DNA of 64,000 bases from Acidobacteriota bacterium (GCA_963664705.1 OY761556.1:640001-704000), one strand, 5' to 3'; counted from the first letter of the stretch, positions 31,517 through 43,726 are shown. Notes: generated by a model from the sequence alone, not told the origin. Numbers and translations are program-made.

Positions 31517-32362
31517 CTATTTCGTATAGACCGCCGGCTCAACATAGCGGAATTCCCGGGAGGTCGAACCGAGACTTTCGGAATGTCCTACAAATAAATA
31601 GCCGCCCGGCTTGATCAGATCATAAAAACGACGAACAAGTTTTTTGCGCGTCTCGCCGTCGAAATAAATCATTACGTTCCTGCAAAAAATAGCGTCGAAA
31701 GGTCCCTGCATGGGCCACGATTCCGTCAGATTCAGATAAGCGAAACGGACGAGGGCGCGTTCCTCATCCCCGATCCGATATACGCGATTGGGTTTCGTCT
31801 GAATGCAGACGGTATGTTTTTTCCACAGCGAAGGATTCGCTTCCTGCAGGGATTCTTCGCTGTAAACTCCTTCGCGCGCGATAGCCAGGACCCGGCGGGA
31901 AATGTCCGTGGCCAGTATCTGACAGTTCTTGCGGCGGGCTTGTGAAAGCTCCTCGCTCAGAAGAATGGCAAGCGAGTAGGGCTCCTCCCCCGTAGAGCAT
32001 CCTGCACTCCAGAGCCGGATCTTTGAGTCTGAGGTCCGAAGCTCCGGCAGAATGTTGGCCCGCAAAAAATCAAAGTGATGCGATTCGCGGAAGAAATTAG
32101 TCTTATTCGTGGTCAGAGCATCGATCATGGTCGACAGCTCGTTTCCCGATGAATCTTCCTCGACATACCGAAGATACTGATCGAACCCGGACAGCCCGAG
32201 GATCCGCAATCGTTTCATCAGTCGAGACTTGACCAGTACCTCCTTTCCTTTTGGGAAACAGATGCCGCAGCGCTGGTGAATAATGCGACTGATCGTCGCG
32301 AACTGAGATGCGCTCAAAACTGCAGAATCATTCATCCCATCTGATATAAACTCGGACAACAT
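31517..32362 (-). CDS. cheR: Chemotaxis methyltransferase CheR
   Basis: TTNKTNFFRE, WSAGCSTGEEPYS, CRNVMIYF and GHSE. Confidence 0.97.
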   Translation of the reverse strand: MLSEFISDGMNDSAVLSASQFATISRIIHQRCGICFPKGKEVLVKSRLMKRLRILGLSGFDQYLRYVEEDSSGNELSTMIDALTTNKTNFFRESHHFDFLRANILPELRTSDSKIRLWSAGCSTGEEPYSLAILLSEELSQARRKNCQILATDISRRVLAIAREGVYSEESLQEANPSLWKKHTVCIQTKPNRVYRIGDEERALVRFAYLNLTESWPMQGPFDAIFCRNVMIYFDGETRKKLVRRFYDLIKPGGYLFVGHSESLGSTSREFRYVEPAVYTK

Positions 32363-32403
32363 AAGAAAACCTTTACCTTTTCATCCCAAAATTCTCGATC
32401 TTC

Positions 32404-34665
32404 CTAGGCGGCGTTCAGGTCGTTCGATTCCTTTGGCCCGCCGTTGGATGATCCCGTGCGCGCCAGGGATACAAGTTCGGAAACATCCAGGATCAGACCG
32501 ACGCGACCATCTCCCAGAATGGCGCCGCCGGCTATTCCCTGGACTTTGGCCATCCCTTCGCCCAGTGATTTGGCCACAACCTGCTGCTGCCCGATCAGTT
32601 CGTCCACGAGCAGAGCACAGCGTTTATCTCCTTCACCGACGACGACCAGCAACCCTTCTGTCGGGTTTGTAACCGCACCCTGAATCTCAAACAGTGAATG
32701 AAGCCGGTAGACAGGCATCAGTTCGCCGCGCAGCATGACCATTTCGCCTTTGCCTGAAACGGTCCAAAGCGCACTCGGCTCGGGCTTGAAGCTCAGGTGA
32801 ATATTGACCGTCGGGATGATGTACCGTTCGCATCCAACCTTCACCAGCATGCCGTCGGTGATCGCCAGCGTCAGCGGCAGCCGGATGAAAAAGGTGCACC
32901 CCTGGCCCGCTTCTGAATTGAGATCGATGCGCCCTCGAAGCGATTCGACATTTTTCCGGACTACGTCCATCCCAACGCCGCGCCCGGAAATTTCGGTGAT
33001 CTTGTCGGCGGTGGAGAAGCCCGGCAGAAAAATCAGCTTCAGAGCCTCGCTGTCGGAGAGATTCTTTTCCGAATCCAGCAGTCCCTTGGAAATTGCCTTT
33101 TGTACGATCTTGTCTCTGTCCAGCCCTTTGCCGTCGTCGCGAAGTTCCAGCACTACATTGCCGCCGGCATGATACGCGGCAAGCCGCACGATTCCTGTGG
33201 GAGGCTTGCCTTTGGCTGCTCTCACGTCCGGCGGCTCAATTCCGTGGTCGATGGAATTCCGGACCATATGAACCAGAGGATCTCCCAACACATCCACCAT
33301 GTTACGGTCGATTTCCGTCTCGTCCCCTTCACTGATAAATTCGATGGGTTTGCCGCTTTTGTGAGCGAGGTCGCGCACCAGTCGGGCCACTTTTTGAAAA
33401 ACTCCTTTGAGCGGCACCATGCGCATGGACATTGCCAGATCCTGCAATTCCCGAACGATCTTGCCGGCGTGCGTTATCTTGCGCAGCAGGTCATGATTGC
33501 CCGATTGATGCGCGATCTGATCCTGGGAAAGCATGGATTGTGCGATGACCAGTTCACCAACCATGTCTACCAGTCGGTCCAGACGATCTGTGCGCACCCG
33601 CAGAGTCGTCTCTGCATCGCTCGGTGGGCCTGATCGTCGCTGCACTGTGCGCTGTGCGCCGGCCATCGCGGGTGCTGCTGTTCCTACGGAGACGGAGGCT
33701 GTTGCAACGGCCCCCTGGGGTTTTTCAGATTCCGCCGGTACCGGCAGATCTGTTTCGGTAGCCGTGGTTTCGGGTTCATAGGTTGCCTGCACTTGCGGCA
33801 TCATGTCCGCCGGCCGCATCGAAATCTGGGCGGCCTCCGGGTTTTGCAGGTGCTTCATCAACTCGGCATAACTATCCGGGAGGAATGCGTCTCCTCCCGA
33901 TAACAGGGATTGCACGCCCTGGATAAGTTCCTTGAAGATGTCCGTCGAACGCAACGACAGGTCGGCATAAATGCCTGCGAATCGTATCTCCCGATCCCGC
34001 ACGCGGCTTAACAGGGATTCGGCGAAATGCGCAAATTCCTGAACGTGCAGGAGCCCAAGAAATCCGGACGTCCCCTTGATCGTGTGAAATGTCCGGAAGA
34101 CCGTGTTGACGGAATCCATGTCTTCAGGATTCGTTTCCAGCAGGAGAAGAGCCGCTTCCGCTTTTTCCAGGAGATCCTTGCACTCGGTGACGAATTCGCC
34201 AATCAGATCCACATCAGCGTCCGATGGCAGCGTCAGCCTTATAGGGCAAGCGGAGGGTGCTTCTGCCGCCGGCGCTTCGGATGTGCTGGCGCCCGCAGCG
34301 GCCGGAGCCGGTTTGTCGGCGGTCGCGGCATAGGAATCGTCCTGCAGCTTCCGGGCTGTATCCAGTGCGATTAGCGCATGATTCAGATCCTCACCGGCAT
34401 CCTTCGATGAGCCCTGGATGATCTGCTTCAGCAACCCAAGGGCGCTGCTCAGATGCTCTCGAGACGGGTCTGCCGTGGGCAGCGGCGCGATGAGGGTTTC
34501 CACGCTCTCACTGATCTGGGCTATCTCAGGCTTATTTTCCGGCTCGAGCTGGAGCAGCAATGCAACCGCATCATCAAGCGATGTGCATGGCGCAAACCCT
34601 GCTCCCGGCGGTTCTGCTTTGCCCTGAATAGTGTTGCTACCCAATTTGCTATCGTCACTGGACAT
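32404..34665 (-). CDS. cheA: Chemotaxis histidine kinase CheA
   Basis: HPt FHTIKG, DMVGELVI, HMVRNSIDHGIE, DDGKG, SGRGVGMDVV and a CheW-like C-terminus; GAGGAG RBS before ATG 34665. Confidence 0.96.
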   Translation of the reverse strand: MSSDDSKLGSNTIQGKAEPPGAGFAPCTSLDDAVALLLQLEPENKPEIAQISESVETLIAPLPTADPSREHLSSALGLLKQIIQGSSKDAGEDLNHALIALDTARKLQDDSYAATADKPAPAAAGASTSEAPAAEAPSACPIRLTLPSDADVDLIGEFVTECKDLLEKAEAALLLLETNPEDMDSVNTVFRTFHTIKGTSGFLGLLHVQEFAHFAESLLSRVRDREIRFAGIYADLSLRSTDIFKELIQGVQSLLSGGDAFLPDSYAELMKHLQNPEAAQISMRPADMMPQVQATYEPETTATETDLPVPAESEKPQGAVATASVSVGTAAPAMAGAQRTVQRRSGPPSDAETTLRVRTDRLDRLVDMVGELVIAQSMLSQDQIAHQSGNHDLLRKITHAGKIVRELQDLAMSMRMVPLKGVFQKVARLVRDLAHKSGKPIEFISEGDETEIDRNMVDVLGDPLVHMVRNSIDHGIEPPDVRAAKGKPPTGIVRLAAYHAGGNVVLELRDDGKGLDRDKIVQKAISKGLLDSEKNLSDSEALKLIFLPGFSTADKITEISGRGVGMDVVRKNVESLRGRIDLNSEAGQGCTFFIRLPLTLAITDGMLVKVGCERYIIPTVNIHLSFKPEPSALWTVSGKGEMVMLRGELMPVYRLHSLFEIQGAVTNPTEGLLVVVGEGDKRCALLVDELIGQQQVVAKSLGEGMAKVQGIAGGAILGDGRVGLILDVSELVSLARTGSSNGGPKESNDLNAA

Positions 34666-34749
34666 TCTATTTCTCCTCATCTCTGGAGTATGCAGGTGTG
34701 ATTGCGCTCTTTCGCTCTCAGCCCACCTTCATGCGAAAATCCTGATTTC

Positions 34750-37700
34750 TTATGAACCGCTATTTTCCTTTGCGGGCCCCAGGCCATTGCCCTGTTCCGC
34801 TCCTGTCTGCAGGAGTTTCCGCACATTGTTGGCCAGGCCCGCCACAGTGAACGGTTTTTGCAGAAAGTTGTCTTTGGCATCCAGCAGTCCATGGTGCACA
34901 ATGGCGCTGTCGGTGTAGCCGGAGATAAAGAGAGCCTTAATTTCAGGCTGAATGCCTCGGATTGCCGAAACCAGTTCGCTGCCGCTGAGTCCCGGCATTA
35001 CAACATCCGTTAATACAAGGTCGATTTTGCCGCCGAATTCCTTCGCCATCTCCAGTGCTTTGGTTCCGCTTTCCGCCTCGATAACATGATAGCCGCGTTC
35101 GCGCAGGATTCTTGCCGCGAGAGTGCGGACATAGGCCTCGTCTTCGGCGATGAGCACGGTCTTTCCGGCGGCATTCGAATCAGCCTGGGCTTTGACGGAT
35201 TCCCCGTTTCCGCTGCGATGCATTTTCACTCTGGGGAAATAGATCTTGAATGTAGTTCCTTGGCCCGGTTCGCTGTAGGTCCAGATATGGCCGCCGCTTT
35301 GTTTGACAATTCCATAAACAGTCGACAAGCCCAGCCCCGTGCCCTTTCCCTGTTTTTTGGTGGTAAAGAATGGTTCGAAGATCCGCGAACGGGTTTCCTC
35401 GTCCATGCCGGTCCCGTTGTCGCTGAAGGCAAGCATGGCATAAAGCCCCGGCTGGATGGAGGGATGCTCCCGGGCATACTCTCTGTCGAGAACGACATTG
35501 TTGGTTTCGATAATAAATTTGCCGCCCCGGGGCATCGCATCACGGGCATTCACCGCGATGTTCATGATGATTTGCTGGATCTGCGCGGGATCTGCGCTGA
35601 CCAGTTCCAGGTTGGGCTGCACAATCATAGTCAGCTCAATGTCTTCACCGATCAGCCGGCGGAGCATCTTGCCCATATCCGTAACAATTTCGTTCAGGTT
35701 CAGTACTTCAGGCTGCAGGACCTGTTTGCGGCTGAACGCAAGAAGCTGGCTCGTGAGGGATGTCGCCCTGTCGGCGGCTTTTTCTATCTGCTCCATGTCG
35801 GCGCGCTTGGGGTCCCCTTCGGGCGTATCCATTACCAGCAGTTCCGAGTAGCCTCGGATCACCGAAAGCAGATTATTGAAATCGTGCGCCACGCCGTCCG
35901 CCAGCACTCCAACGGCTTCCATTTTCATCGCCTGTTGCAGTTGTTGCTGGAGCCTGTTTCTTTCCGAGATATCGCGAAGGTTCAGGACGATTCCCTTGAC
36001 CAATTCATTGGTCAGAAGGTTGGTGCCGACAGCTTCCATAAACACCCAGTTGCCGGCCTTATGCTGATACCTGAACTCAAACCGTCGCGCCACGCCGGGT
36101 TGTTTCAGGATTTCCCAAAATGTTTTCATCACGGATTCGAGATCATCGGGGTGAATCTTCTCGAAACCGCTGGCGCCGAGAAGCTCCTCCGGCCGATAGC
36201 CGGTTATGAGTTCCATCTGACCGTGAATGGCCTGTTGTGCGCCGTTCTGATCTAAAACCGCAATGACATCACTGGAATTTTCCAGGAGCCGTTTGAACCG
36301 TTCCTCGCTGGCACGCAGGGCTTCTTCACTCTGCCGGCGTTCCATGATGTCCTGTAAAACCCAGATGGATCCTTCCTCCGGATCCTGAGGGTTGATGGCG
36401 CGACCGGAAATTGTGCCCCAGAACGTGGACCCATCTTTTCGACTGAAGCATCGGTCCGCTTTGTAAACTTCCCCTTTTGCCAGCCGGGGAAAAGCCAGTG
36501 CGTTGATATCCTTGTATGCTTCCAGGAATATGGCATTGTCCTTGGGATCCGTATAGCCAAACATCTGTGCAAAGGCGGGATTGATCCATTGCACACTCCG
36601 TTTTTTGATATAGATGATCCCGAGGCTTACGGTGTTGAGAATTGTCTTCTGTTCATTAGCGAGCTGCTGGATCTGGTACGTGGCGGATTTTCGGTCTGTG
36701 ATATCCATGTGGATTCCCACGACCTTTTGCGGATTGCCGGCGCTGTCCCGTTCCACGATTTTTCCACGGCTCATAGTCCAAACCCAATGGCCGGCTTTAT
36801 GGCGGACCCGCCCCTCAAAATCATAGAACGGAGTTTCCCCCTTGCTGTGATTTTCAAAGCTGGCTTGTATCCGCGGCAGATCAGCCGGATGGATGAGTTC
36901 ATTCCACTTATCAATGTGGGGCTCAATTTCATCCGGCTCATATCCAAGCATCTGAACCCACCTGGGATCGATCTCCATGTGACCGCTCGGAACGTCCCAG
37001 TGCTGCGTTGCCATTCCGGTTCCTTCGAGCACGAGGGCGAGTCTTTCGCTTATCTCGGAAGCCGCCTTTTCCGCGCGTTTCAGTTCCGTAATATCGACGC
37101 AGGCGGTTTGAATGGCTGGTCTGCCATGATAATTGATCCGGCATGCGGAGGCCTGCGTCCAAAAGGTTGTCGCATCTTTTCGGACTCCGCGAATCTCAAA
37201 TTTCGATTGAACAGGTCGATCCGCAAGAATATCCCGATAGTGCCTGGTAATATGAGGGCGGTCGTCCGTGTGCACGAGCTTCGGCAATTCCAAACGGTCG
37301 AAGGAAAGCAATTCTTCAACGGAATACCCGGTCATCTCTGCAAAGGCACTGTTGCAGAATACAATCCGCCCGGCCTGGCTGATCGTTATTCCCTGGAGCG
37401 AGTTCTCGACCAGCGCGCGGTATTGTTCCTCCGATTGCCGCAAGGAAAGGGTTTCCTTCTCCCTGGAAGTTATGTCCGTAAAAATACAGGCGAGGCAGAG
37501 CTGATCTTCGATGTTAATTGCATTTGCCGCGAGAAGGACCGTTCGAGAACCCGATGACTTCGTTTTGATGCCGATCTCAAAGTCCGTGACTCGGCCGGTG
37601 TACTGGAACCTCTGGATCAGTTCCCGCCGTCGATTGGGGTCACTGTACAACATTACGGATTGGCAGCCCAATAGCTCGCTGCGTTCATATTCGAACAGTT

Positions 37701-37884
37701 GAGCCGAAGAATGGTTCAGATCAACGATGATGCCCTGGTCGGCGGTGGTGATCATCATCGGGCTCGAGGAAGCGTGAAAGAGCTTGAACCATCGGCTTTC
37801 ACTCTCCGCCAAACTGCTGTTCAGTCTGTCCACTTCCGAATCCAGTTCGATCATTTTGCGACGCAACTGGTCTGACCGGCTCAT
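34750..37884 (-). CDS. Cytoplasmic multi-PAS hybrid sensor histidine kinase (CckA-like)
   Basis: About five PAS repeats; [33 protein letters not shown] and a C-terminal receiver (LTDVVMP, KPF). No TM helix seen. Confidence 0.93.
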   Translation of the reverse strand: MSRSDQLRRKMIELDSEVDRLNSSLAESESRWFKLFHASSSPMMITTADQGIIVDLNHSSAQLFEYERSELLGCQSVMLYSDPNRRRELIQRFQYTGRVTDFEIGIKTKSSGSRTVLLAANAINIEDQLCLACIFTDITSREKETLSLRQSEEQYRALVENSLQGITISQAGRIVFCNSAFAEMTGYSVEELLSFDRLELPKLVHTDDRPHITRHYRDILADRPVQSKFEIRGVRKDATTFWTQASACRINYHGRPAIQTACVDITELKRAEKAASEISERLALVLEGTGMATQHWDVPSGHMEIDPRWVQMLGYEPDEIEPHIDKWNELIHPADLPRIQASFENHSKGETPFYDFEGRVRHKAGHWVWTMSRGKIVERDSAGNPQKVVGIHMDITDRKSATYQIQQLANEQKTILNTVSLGIIYIKKRSVQWINPAFAQMFGYTDPKDNAIFLEAYKDINALAFPRLAKGEVYKADRCFSRKDGSTFWGTISGRAINPQDPEEGSIWVLQDIMERRQSEEALRASEERFKRLLENSSDVIAVLDQNGAQQAIHGQMELITGYRPEELLGASGFEKIHPDDLESVMKTFWEILKQPGVARRFEFRYQHKAGNWVFMEAVGTNLLTNELVKGIVLNLRDISERNRLQQQLQQAMKMEAVGVLADGVAHDFNNLLSVIRGYSELLVMDTPEGDPKRADMEQIEKAADRATSLTSQLLAFSRKQVLQPEVLNLNEIVTDMGKMLRRLIGEDIELTMIVQPNLELVSADPAQIQQIIMNIAVNARDAMPRGGKFIIETNNVVLDREYAREHPSIQPGLYAMLAFSDNGTGMDEETRSRIFEPFFTTKKQGKGTGLGLSTVYGIVKQSGGHIWTYSEPGQGTTFKIYFPRVKMHRSGNGESVKAQADSNAAGKTVLIAEDEAYVRTLAARILRERGYHVIEAESGTKALEMAKEFGGKIDLVLTDVVMPGLSGSELVSAIRGIQPEIKALFISGYTDSAIVHHGLLDAKDNFLQKPFTVAGLANNVRKLLQTGAEQGNGLGPAKENSGS

Positions 37885-37975
37885 TCTAAATCTCCCTCGC
37901 CATGAAAGACCGGCAGCTTTCTGCCGCTCTTTTGTGCAGGCAATGCCCGTGAACAACTAAGGTTTTGTTTCCCTG

Positions 37976-38028
37976 CCGGGGAAATCCCGGCGGGTCGAAA
38001 GCTTGGTTGCCTTCGACCCGTTCCCCGG
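37976..38028. other. Extended stem-loop between mcp and the hybrid kinase
   Basis: CCGGGGAA...CGGGTCGAAAGC-ttggtt-GCCTTCGACCCG-TTCCCCGG. Confidence 0.5.
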
Positions 38029-38036
38029 AGGATTTC

Positions 38037-40298
38037 TTAAAAATCCTTCAGAATCGCCTGATCATCATTGTCGAATGGAATCAGTCTGGCAGGATCGATA
38101 TGGCCCTGAAGCCCGCCGTTTGGCCGCGAAGCGACTACGGACTTCTCCGGAGCCTTTCTCGGTTTGGGAGCCATGGCGGCCGCCTGTCTGCGAGCGTGAT
38201 GAACAGTTCGAACTGCCGCATTTGAATTGTTGGTCAAATTGAAAGCGCCAACCAATCCCTTCATCTCTTCAGCCTGCCCCGACAGTTCCTCCGCGGCACT
38301 TGCCGATTCTTCCGCGTTGGCGGCAACCTGTTGCGTCACCTGGTTCATCTGTTCCACTGCGCTGTTGACCTGTTCAACGCCCTGGCTTTGCTGATCGGAT
38401 GCGGCAGCAATTTCAGCCATCACGGCGCTGACCTTGTTTACCTGTCCGTTGATCTCGGTCAGGTTTTTCAGAACTTCCTGGTTGATTGAGACGCCGCCCT
38501 CGGCATTCTTGACCGATTCCTCGATCATGTTGGCGGTGTTCTTTGCGGCATCAGCACTGCGCATCGCAAGATTGCGGACTTCCTCGGCAACGACGGCAAA
38601 CCCCTTGCCTGCATCTCCGGCGCGGGCCGCCTCAACGGCTGCGTTGAGGGCAAGCAGATTGGTCTGGAACGCAATCTCGTCAATTGTCTTGACGATTTTT
38701 GCCGTGGAATCGGACGATGTTTTGATGCGGTCAATCGCTTCCGAAAGCCGCTTCATGCTTTCGACTCCGCGGTCTGCTGTCGTTAGCGCGCCTTCCGAGA
38801 GGCTTCTGGCTTCCTTGGCATTCTCCGCATTTCGCTTGGTCATCGAAGCCATTTCCTGGAGACTGCTCGAAACCTCTTCCAGAGAACTGGCCTGCTCCGA
38901 AGAGCCCTGCGACAGCGTCTGGCTTCCGGAGGAAATCTGGCCGGATGCGGAAGCCACCTGTTCGGCTGCAATGGCAACCTGGCTGAGCGCCTCATCGAGG
39001 TTGGTTATCAGGGTATTGATGTTATTCTTCATCTTTTCAAAGGCACCCTGATATTCGCGTTTTGCACGAGCCGTCAGGTCTTTGTTGGCCGCGGCTAGAA
39101 GCGCCGCGCCGCCGTCTTCCTCGATAAGAGACCGCAGCGTTTCGATGCAAAGGTTCAAACTGTTCTTGATGTTGTTAAAATCACCATTGTAGTGATCGTT
39201 GATCTTCGGCGGGATGTCGCCTTTGCTGATGCGATCGATGTAAGTGGAGGCCATCTGCAGCGGCCCGACGACGGCATCGAGTGTCGAATTGAAGCCTGAT
39301 ACCATCTGGCGGTAGCCGCCTTCAAATTGCTCCGCTTTGCCTCGGTTGGCAAGTTTGCCGGCCCGGGCACTCATGATCATGCTGTTGATCTCGTCGGTCA
39401 CCTTTTGAAGGTTCGCCGAGGCAGACTGGAACGAAGCGATGGTGGATTGAGTCTGTGTGATAATCCCGTTCACGCTACGGGCCAGATCTCCAACCTCGTC
39501 TTTGCTCTCTATCTTCAGCGGTTCAGTGTCCGAGATAATCTTGACATCGAGATTGCCGTGAGCCATCGCTTCACTGGCTTTGCCGAGATTTGTAATGCAG
39601 ACGGTCTGCAGTCTTTCGGCCCGCTCTGCCACCTGTTTGATCGGGTTGGCAATAAGTCTTGAAAGCCATAGGCCAATACCGATTGCCATTGCCATGCCGA
39701 GCGCAATAATTACCAGGCTCAACTGCGTTCCTCGGCTCGCGGTAGCTGAATTTTTCTCTGATGACGCCTTGGCCTGATCGGTTTTCTGCTGGACCAGCTT
39801 GTCGACTGCATTCGCTCCCATTTTTGCCGTTTCCAGGAACGGTCCCTTCAGATAGGTAATGGCATCCATGCGTCTGCTGTCTTCAAGCAGCTTTACGAAT
39901 TCATCATAATTGACGGAGTATTTTTTTATGCTGGTGCTCAGATCCCCGGCAGCCGCCTTCTCCTCGTTTGTGGTGATTGAGCTCTCGTAATTTTTCAGAA
40001 GACCGGAAAGCTCGCTCAGCAGAGTTCGTACTGCGGCAGTCTGGGCGTCTCTCTCTTCCTTGGTCTCCGCAAGGAAGGCATCGCGAGTGGCAACGCGCAG
40101 CTGTTGATACTTCTTCGACGCCTGTGCCGCGGTGCCGAGAGGAACAACATTCTTCTCGTACATCGCTGTGTCCGCCGCATCAATAATGTGCATTTGGGAA
40201 ATGCCGACATATCCGACAACTCCGGCAACGAGGGCCAATAGAATCGAGAAGCTAATCAGTTTCGAGGCGATTTTCAAATTGTAAAACCACTTCATCAT
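38037..40298 (-). CDS. Methyl-accepting chemotaxis protein (4HB sensor, multiple HAMP)
   Basis: Two TM helices; [34 protein letters not shown]; C-terminal tether ending ILKDF. Confidence 0.96.
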   Translation of the reverse strand: MMKWFYNLKIASKLISFSILLALVAGVVGYVGISQMHIIDAADTAMYEKNVVPLGTAAQASKKYQQLRVATRDAFLAETKEERDAQTAAVRTLLSELSGLLKNYESSITTNEEKAAAGDLSTSIKKYSVNYDEFVKLLEDSRRMDAITYLKGPFLETAKMGANAVDKLVQQKTDQAKASSEKNSATASRGTQLSLVIIALGMAMAIGIGLWLSRLIANPIKQVAERAERLQTVCITNLGKASEAMAHGNLDVKIISDTEPLKIESKDEVGDLARSVNGIITQTQSTIASFQSASANLQKVTDEINSMIMSARAGKLANRGKAEQFEGGYRQMVSGFNSTLDAVVGPLQMASTYIDRISKGDIPPKINDHYNGDFNNIKNSLNLCIETLRSLIEEDGGAALLAAANKDLTARAKREYQGAFEKMKNNINTLITNLDEALSQVAIAAEQVASASGQISSGSQTLSQGSSEQASSLEEVSSSLQEMASMTKRNAENAKEARSLSEGALTTADRGVESMKRLSEAIDRIKTSSDSTAKIVKTIDEIAFQTNLLALNAAVEAARAGDAGKGFAVVAEEVRNLAMRSADAAKNTANMIEESVKNAEGGVSINQEVLKNLTEINGQVNKVSAVMAEIAAASDQQSQGVEQVNSAVEQMNQVTQQVAANAEESASAAEELSGQAEEMKGLVGAFNLTNNSNAAVRTVHHARRQAAAMAPKPRKAPEKSVVASRPNGGLQGHIDPARLIPFDNDDQAILKDF

Positions 40299-40324
40299 GA
40301 TCTCCTTTGAGGCCGGTTCTGGTG

Positions 40325-40864
40325 CTAATTAACGTTTTCTGTTTCCGCGGTAGGGAGCGCATTGACTTCCTGAGTTGACAGGACCCGGTCGATATCTAGC
40401 AGGATTTTTACTTTGCCCTGTGATTTGCCGATTCCCAGGATGTAATCCGTGCTGACATCGGCGCCGAACGAAGGAGGGTCTTCGATGTCGTTGCCGGCAA
40501 TGTTCAGAACTTCCGAAACCCTGTCTACCACTATTCCAATTTCTATTCCCTGCACATGGACTACGATGATGCAGGTTTCCGACGTCTGATCCTGGGCGGG
40601 CATGTCGAATTTCAGTCGAAGGTCGACAATGGGGATGACTTTCCCGCGCAGATTAATGACTCCACGAATAAATACGGGAGTTCGAGGAACGCTCGTTATG
40701 GCCATCATCCCGATGATTTCGTGCACTTTTAGGATGGCAATTCCATATTCCTCTCCAGCCAGAAAAAAGGTGAGGAATTTACCCCCCAGATTTGCGGTGT
40801 TGCTTGCGATTGCTGAGTTTTTCCGGGTTGCCGCTGATTCGGACTCAGCCAATACTGTTGACAT
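40325..40864 (-). CDS. cheW: Chemotaxis coupling protein CheW
   Basis: [28 protein letters not shown] and [10 protein letters not shown]. Confidence 0.96.
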   Translation of the reverse strand: MSTVLAESESAATRKNSAIASNTANLGGKFLTFFLAGEEYGIAILKVHEIIGMMAITSVPRTPVFIRGVINLRGKVIPIVDLRLKFDMPAQDQTSETCIIVVHVQGIEIGIVVDRVSEVLNIAGNDIEDPPSFGADVSTDYILGIGKSQGKVKILLDIDRVLSTQEVNALPTAETENVN

Positions 40865-40922
40865 AATGGACTCCTCGACCTATTCGTTGCCCACTGACTG
40901 CGGACAATTGTCCAGTGGAGTG

Positions 40923-40970
40923 AAAAAAAAGGCGCAGCACGCACACCCGAGGATGTGCTTGCTGCGCCTT
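40923..40970 (-). terminator. Intrinsic terminator about 60 nt upstream of cheW
   Basis: Minus strand: GGCGCAGCA-a-GCACA-tcctcggg-TGTGC-g-TGCTGCGCC-TTTTTTTT. Confidence 0.85.
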
Positions 40971-41066
40971 CAACTTGCAGACCTGATGCCTACCCGTTAA
41001 GACGCATGTTTTCACGTCATGGGAATCTTGCAGCCTAGCCACTGCATCCCCATGCCTGCGATAGTA

Positions 41067-41094
41067 TTATCGGTGTGGGATTTAAGCTGCTTTA
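41067..41094 (-). promoter_or_regulatory. Sigma28 (FliA/SigD)-like promoter
   Basis: Minus strand TAAA-N16-ACCGATAA versus consensus TAAA-N15/16-GCCGATAA; faces the che cluster. Confidence 0.6.
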
Positions 41095-41155
41095 ATGGAA
41101 AAGGAACCGGGAGTGCCTAATTTCGTAAAGGTCCGCCGACACAAATCGAAAAACC

Positions 41156-42733
41156 TCAGGGAACAAGCACTTTCAGAATATGATTGCCGGGATCCAGTTC
41201 GACCGCGGTTGGCTTCGCAGTGAAGGGCAGCCGGAAGACGTGGGCAGCTTGATGAACGCGAAAACGATGAGTTTCGCTGCGGTTTCCTGCGGCGACCCTG
41301 ATTTCCACCGGCATGTCAAAGAGTCCTCGAAGCTGAGTCTGTTGTACGAATACATCCAGATTTCCGGCAGACTGATCCCATTGCCATGAAATGCGGTATT
41401 CCGGTAGTCCGGGTTCATAGAGCCACTGCTGGAAAAAGTGTTTCAAGTCCAGGCCCCCGGCCAGTTCCATGGCTTTCTGAAAATCCGCCGTTGATATGTT
41501 TCCCCCGGCATATTGGACATAAAATTGATGCAACCCGGCGAAAAAGGCTTTGTCTCCAAGCATGCCTCTCAGCATGTGCAGAACCCAGGCGCCTTTTTCA
41601 TAGGTGAGCGGGCTCAACTTCTTCATGAGGTCGGTCTGCAGAGGATCAATGATGGGTCTATCCATCGATTGCCTGTAGGAAAGGATCCTGGTCGTGTGCC
41701 GCTCCATGGCCCGGGTCATCGCCTCCGGGCCGTTCACGTGTTCGTAAAACAGGGCTTCCAGATAGGTGGCGAACCCCTCGCTCAACCAGAGTTGATCCCA
41801 GTCGGATTCTGTAATTGAGTCTCCGAACCACTGGTGTGCGAGTTCATGCGCCACCGGCTCCTCCGAAAGCGAACCAAAAAGGTCCTCTCCATAAAAAATG
41901 GTATTGGAGTTTTCCATGGCCCCCAGCCGGATTGTCGATTCCACCTGCGCAAGTTTATCGTAAGGGTACGGGCCCAGTAGTTTTTCAAAGTAGGAAATCA
42001 TCTGGTCGGTTCTGCGAAACTTCACGGAAGCGGCCTGCGAATCCTGCGGGTATACATACCAGGTTAGGGGCAGTGTGTCCTTTGTGGAGCGCAGGAGGGA
42101 AAACTCGCCGATCCCCACCACCATGCAATAGGTGGGGATGGACTTTGTTTCCGCCCATTGTGTCATTTTGCGATTGCTGGGAAGTAAAGCCGTCTTCTTC
42201 AGAAGCCCGTTGGCAATGACTTCGTATTTATCCGGTGCTGTCACGGTGAAAGACACGGATGCCTTGTCGGATGGGTGGTCAATCGATGGAAACCAGTGGT
42301 GCGCTTTGTCCGGCCAGTTTTCTGCAAATACGACTCTTCGGCCATATTTGTTTTTTCCGAACAAAAGCCCGTCGCCGGGTTTCCCACGATACCGCACCTC
42401 TATGTCCACCATATCGTTGCGGATGTACGCGTGGTCGAATTCGAAGGAAAGACGGCCCTCATTGCATTTGAATGATCGGGTCATGCCTCCAACCAGCACC
42501 TTGCTGACCGACATATCTGCCAAATCCAGCCACATGCCGGTGGCAGATTCGCCTCGAATCAGAGCCTGAATTTTGGCGATTCCGGCAATGGCATTCGATG
42601 AATCGCTCAGCTGGATGGAAATGTCGTAGTGAATAACGTCGACCGAAGGCTGCCGGACGTAGGTGTCCGCAAATGTCGAAAGACTGGAAAGTGCTGAAAT
42701 CAATAGAATTATGAGGGCGTATCTTTTTCCCAT
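41156..42733 (-). CDS. M1 family aminopeptidase, secreted
   Basis: Signal peptide; GAMEN; HELAHQWFG...WLSEGFATY; YEKG. Confidence 0.93.
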   Translation of the reverse strand: MGKRYALIILLISALSSLSTFADTYVRQPSVDVIHYDISIQLSDSSNAIAGIAKIQALIRGESATGMWLDLADMSVSKVLVGGMTRSFKCNEGRLSFEFDHAYIRNDMVDIEVRYRGKPGDGLLFGKNKYGRRVVFAENWPDKAHHWFPSIDHPSDKASVSFTVTAPDKYEVIANGLLKKTALLPSNRKMTQWAETKSIPTYCMVVGIGEFSLLRSTKDTLPLTWYVYPQDSQAASVKFRRTDQMISYFEKLLGPYPYDKLAQVESTIRLGAMENSNTIFYGEDLFGSLSEEPVAHELAHQWFGDSITESDWDQLWLSEGFATYLEALFYEHVNGPEAMTRAMERHTTRILSYRQSMDRPIIDPLQTDLMKKLSPLTYEKGAWVLHMLRGMLGDKAFFAGLHQFYVQYAGGNISTADFQKAMELAGGLDLKHFFQQWLYEPGLPEYRISWQWDQSAGNLDVFVQQTQLRGLFDMPVEIRVAAGNRSETHRFRVHQAAHVFRLPFTAKPTAVELDPGNHILKVLVP

Positions 42734-42859
42734 ACTCTCCTGCTATATAATGACCAGCTTCGTATCGGCATTGCCCGCTTGAATCTTTGGAAATACTCCC
42801 TTATTCCTTTGAGTCTTCGGATCTTTAAGGTTAAATACAAACATCGGTGGAGCACAAGG

Positions 42860-43726
42860 ATGAAGAATGATCTGCTTCCCAGACGGGCGTTTCGTGATGA
42901 GGTAAATCTCTCCATTCTGGGGTTGGGAGGAATGCTCCTGCTCGGCCTAGATCCGGGAGATGTGGATGCCATTGTGGGCGAAGCGCTGTCGTTGGGCATC
43001 AATTACTTCGATGTGGCTCCTTTTTATGGAAGCGGCGAGGCGGAACAGAAGATGGGGAAGGCCTTGACCAGCCACCGGAAGCATGTGTTTCTCGCCTGCA
43101 AAACGCTCGAGCGATCCGCCGCTGCTGCCCGGACCGAACTGGAGCACTCCCTCCGCGAGTTGCACACCGATCATTTCGACCTGTACCAGTTTCATGCAGT
43201 TTCTGATCTTCAGGATGTAGAGGAAATATTTGAAACCGGTGGCGCGATGGAAGCGTTCCTGAAGGCGCGTGATCAGGGGAAAATCCGCTATATCGGGTTT
43301 TCTGCACATTCCGCAGAGGCTGCGCTGGCCATGATGGATCGATTCCCTTTTGATTCGATCCTGTTCCCGGTGAATTTTATCAACTTTGCCCGCGGCAATT
43401 TCGGCCCGCAGGTGCTCGCCCGGGCAAAAGAACAGAATGTTGCGCGTCTCGCCATCAAGGCGATGGCGCATGGCCCATGGCGAAAGAATGATGATCGGAA
43501 ATACCCCAATTGCTGGTACCGTCCGATTGAAGACCGCGCGCTTGCACGCCAGGCGCTTCGGTTTACGCTGTCCGAAGGCGTAACAGCAGCCGTTCCGCCG
43601 GGAGATATAAGGTTGTTTCGGATGGCATTGGAATTGGCCGCGGATGGCTTGCCGCCTCTCGAGGCTGATGAGCGTGAAGCTTTGTTGGCAAGCACGCGCG
43701 GATTGAGACCCTTAATGCGAGTATAG
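42860..43726 (+). CDS. Aldo/keto reductase
   Basis: [26 protein letters not shown] and [11 protein letters not shown]. Confidence 0.9.
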   Translation: MKNDLLPRRAFRDEVNLSILGLGGMLLLGLDPGDVDAIVGEALSLGINYFDVAPFYGSGEAEQKMGKALTSHRKHVFLACKTLERSAAAARTELEHSLRELHTDHFDLYQFHAVSDLQDVEEIFETGGAMEAFLKARDQGKIRYIGFSAHSAEAALAMMDRFPFDSILFPVNFINFARGNFGPQVLARAKEQNVARLAIKAMAHGPWRKNDDRKYPNCWYRPIEDRALARQALRFTLSEGVTAAVPPGDIRLFRMALELAADGLPPLEADEREALLASTRGLRPLMRV

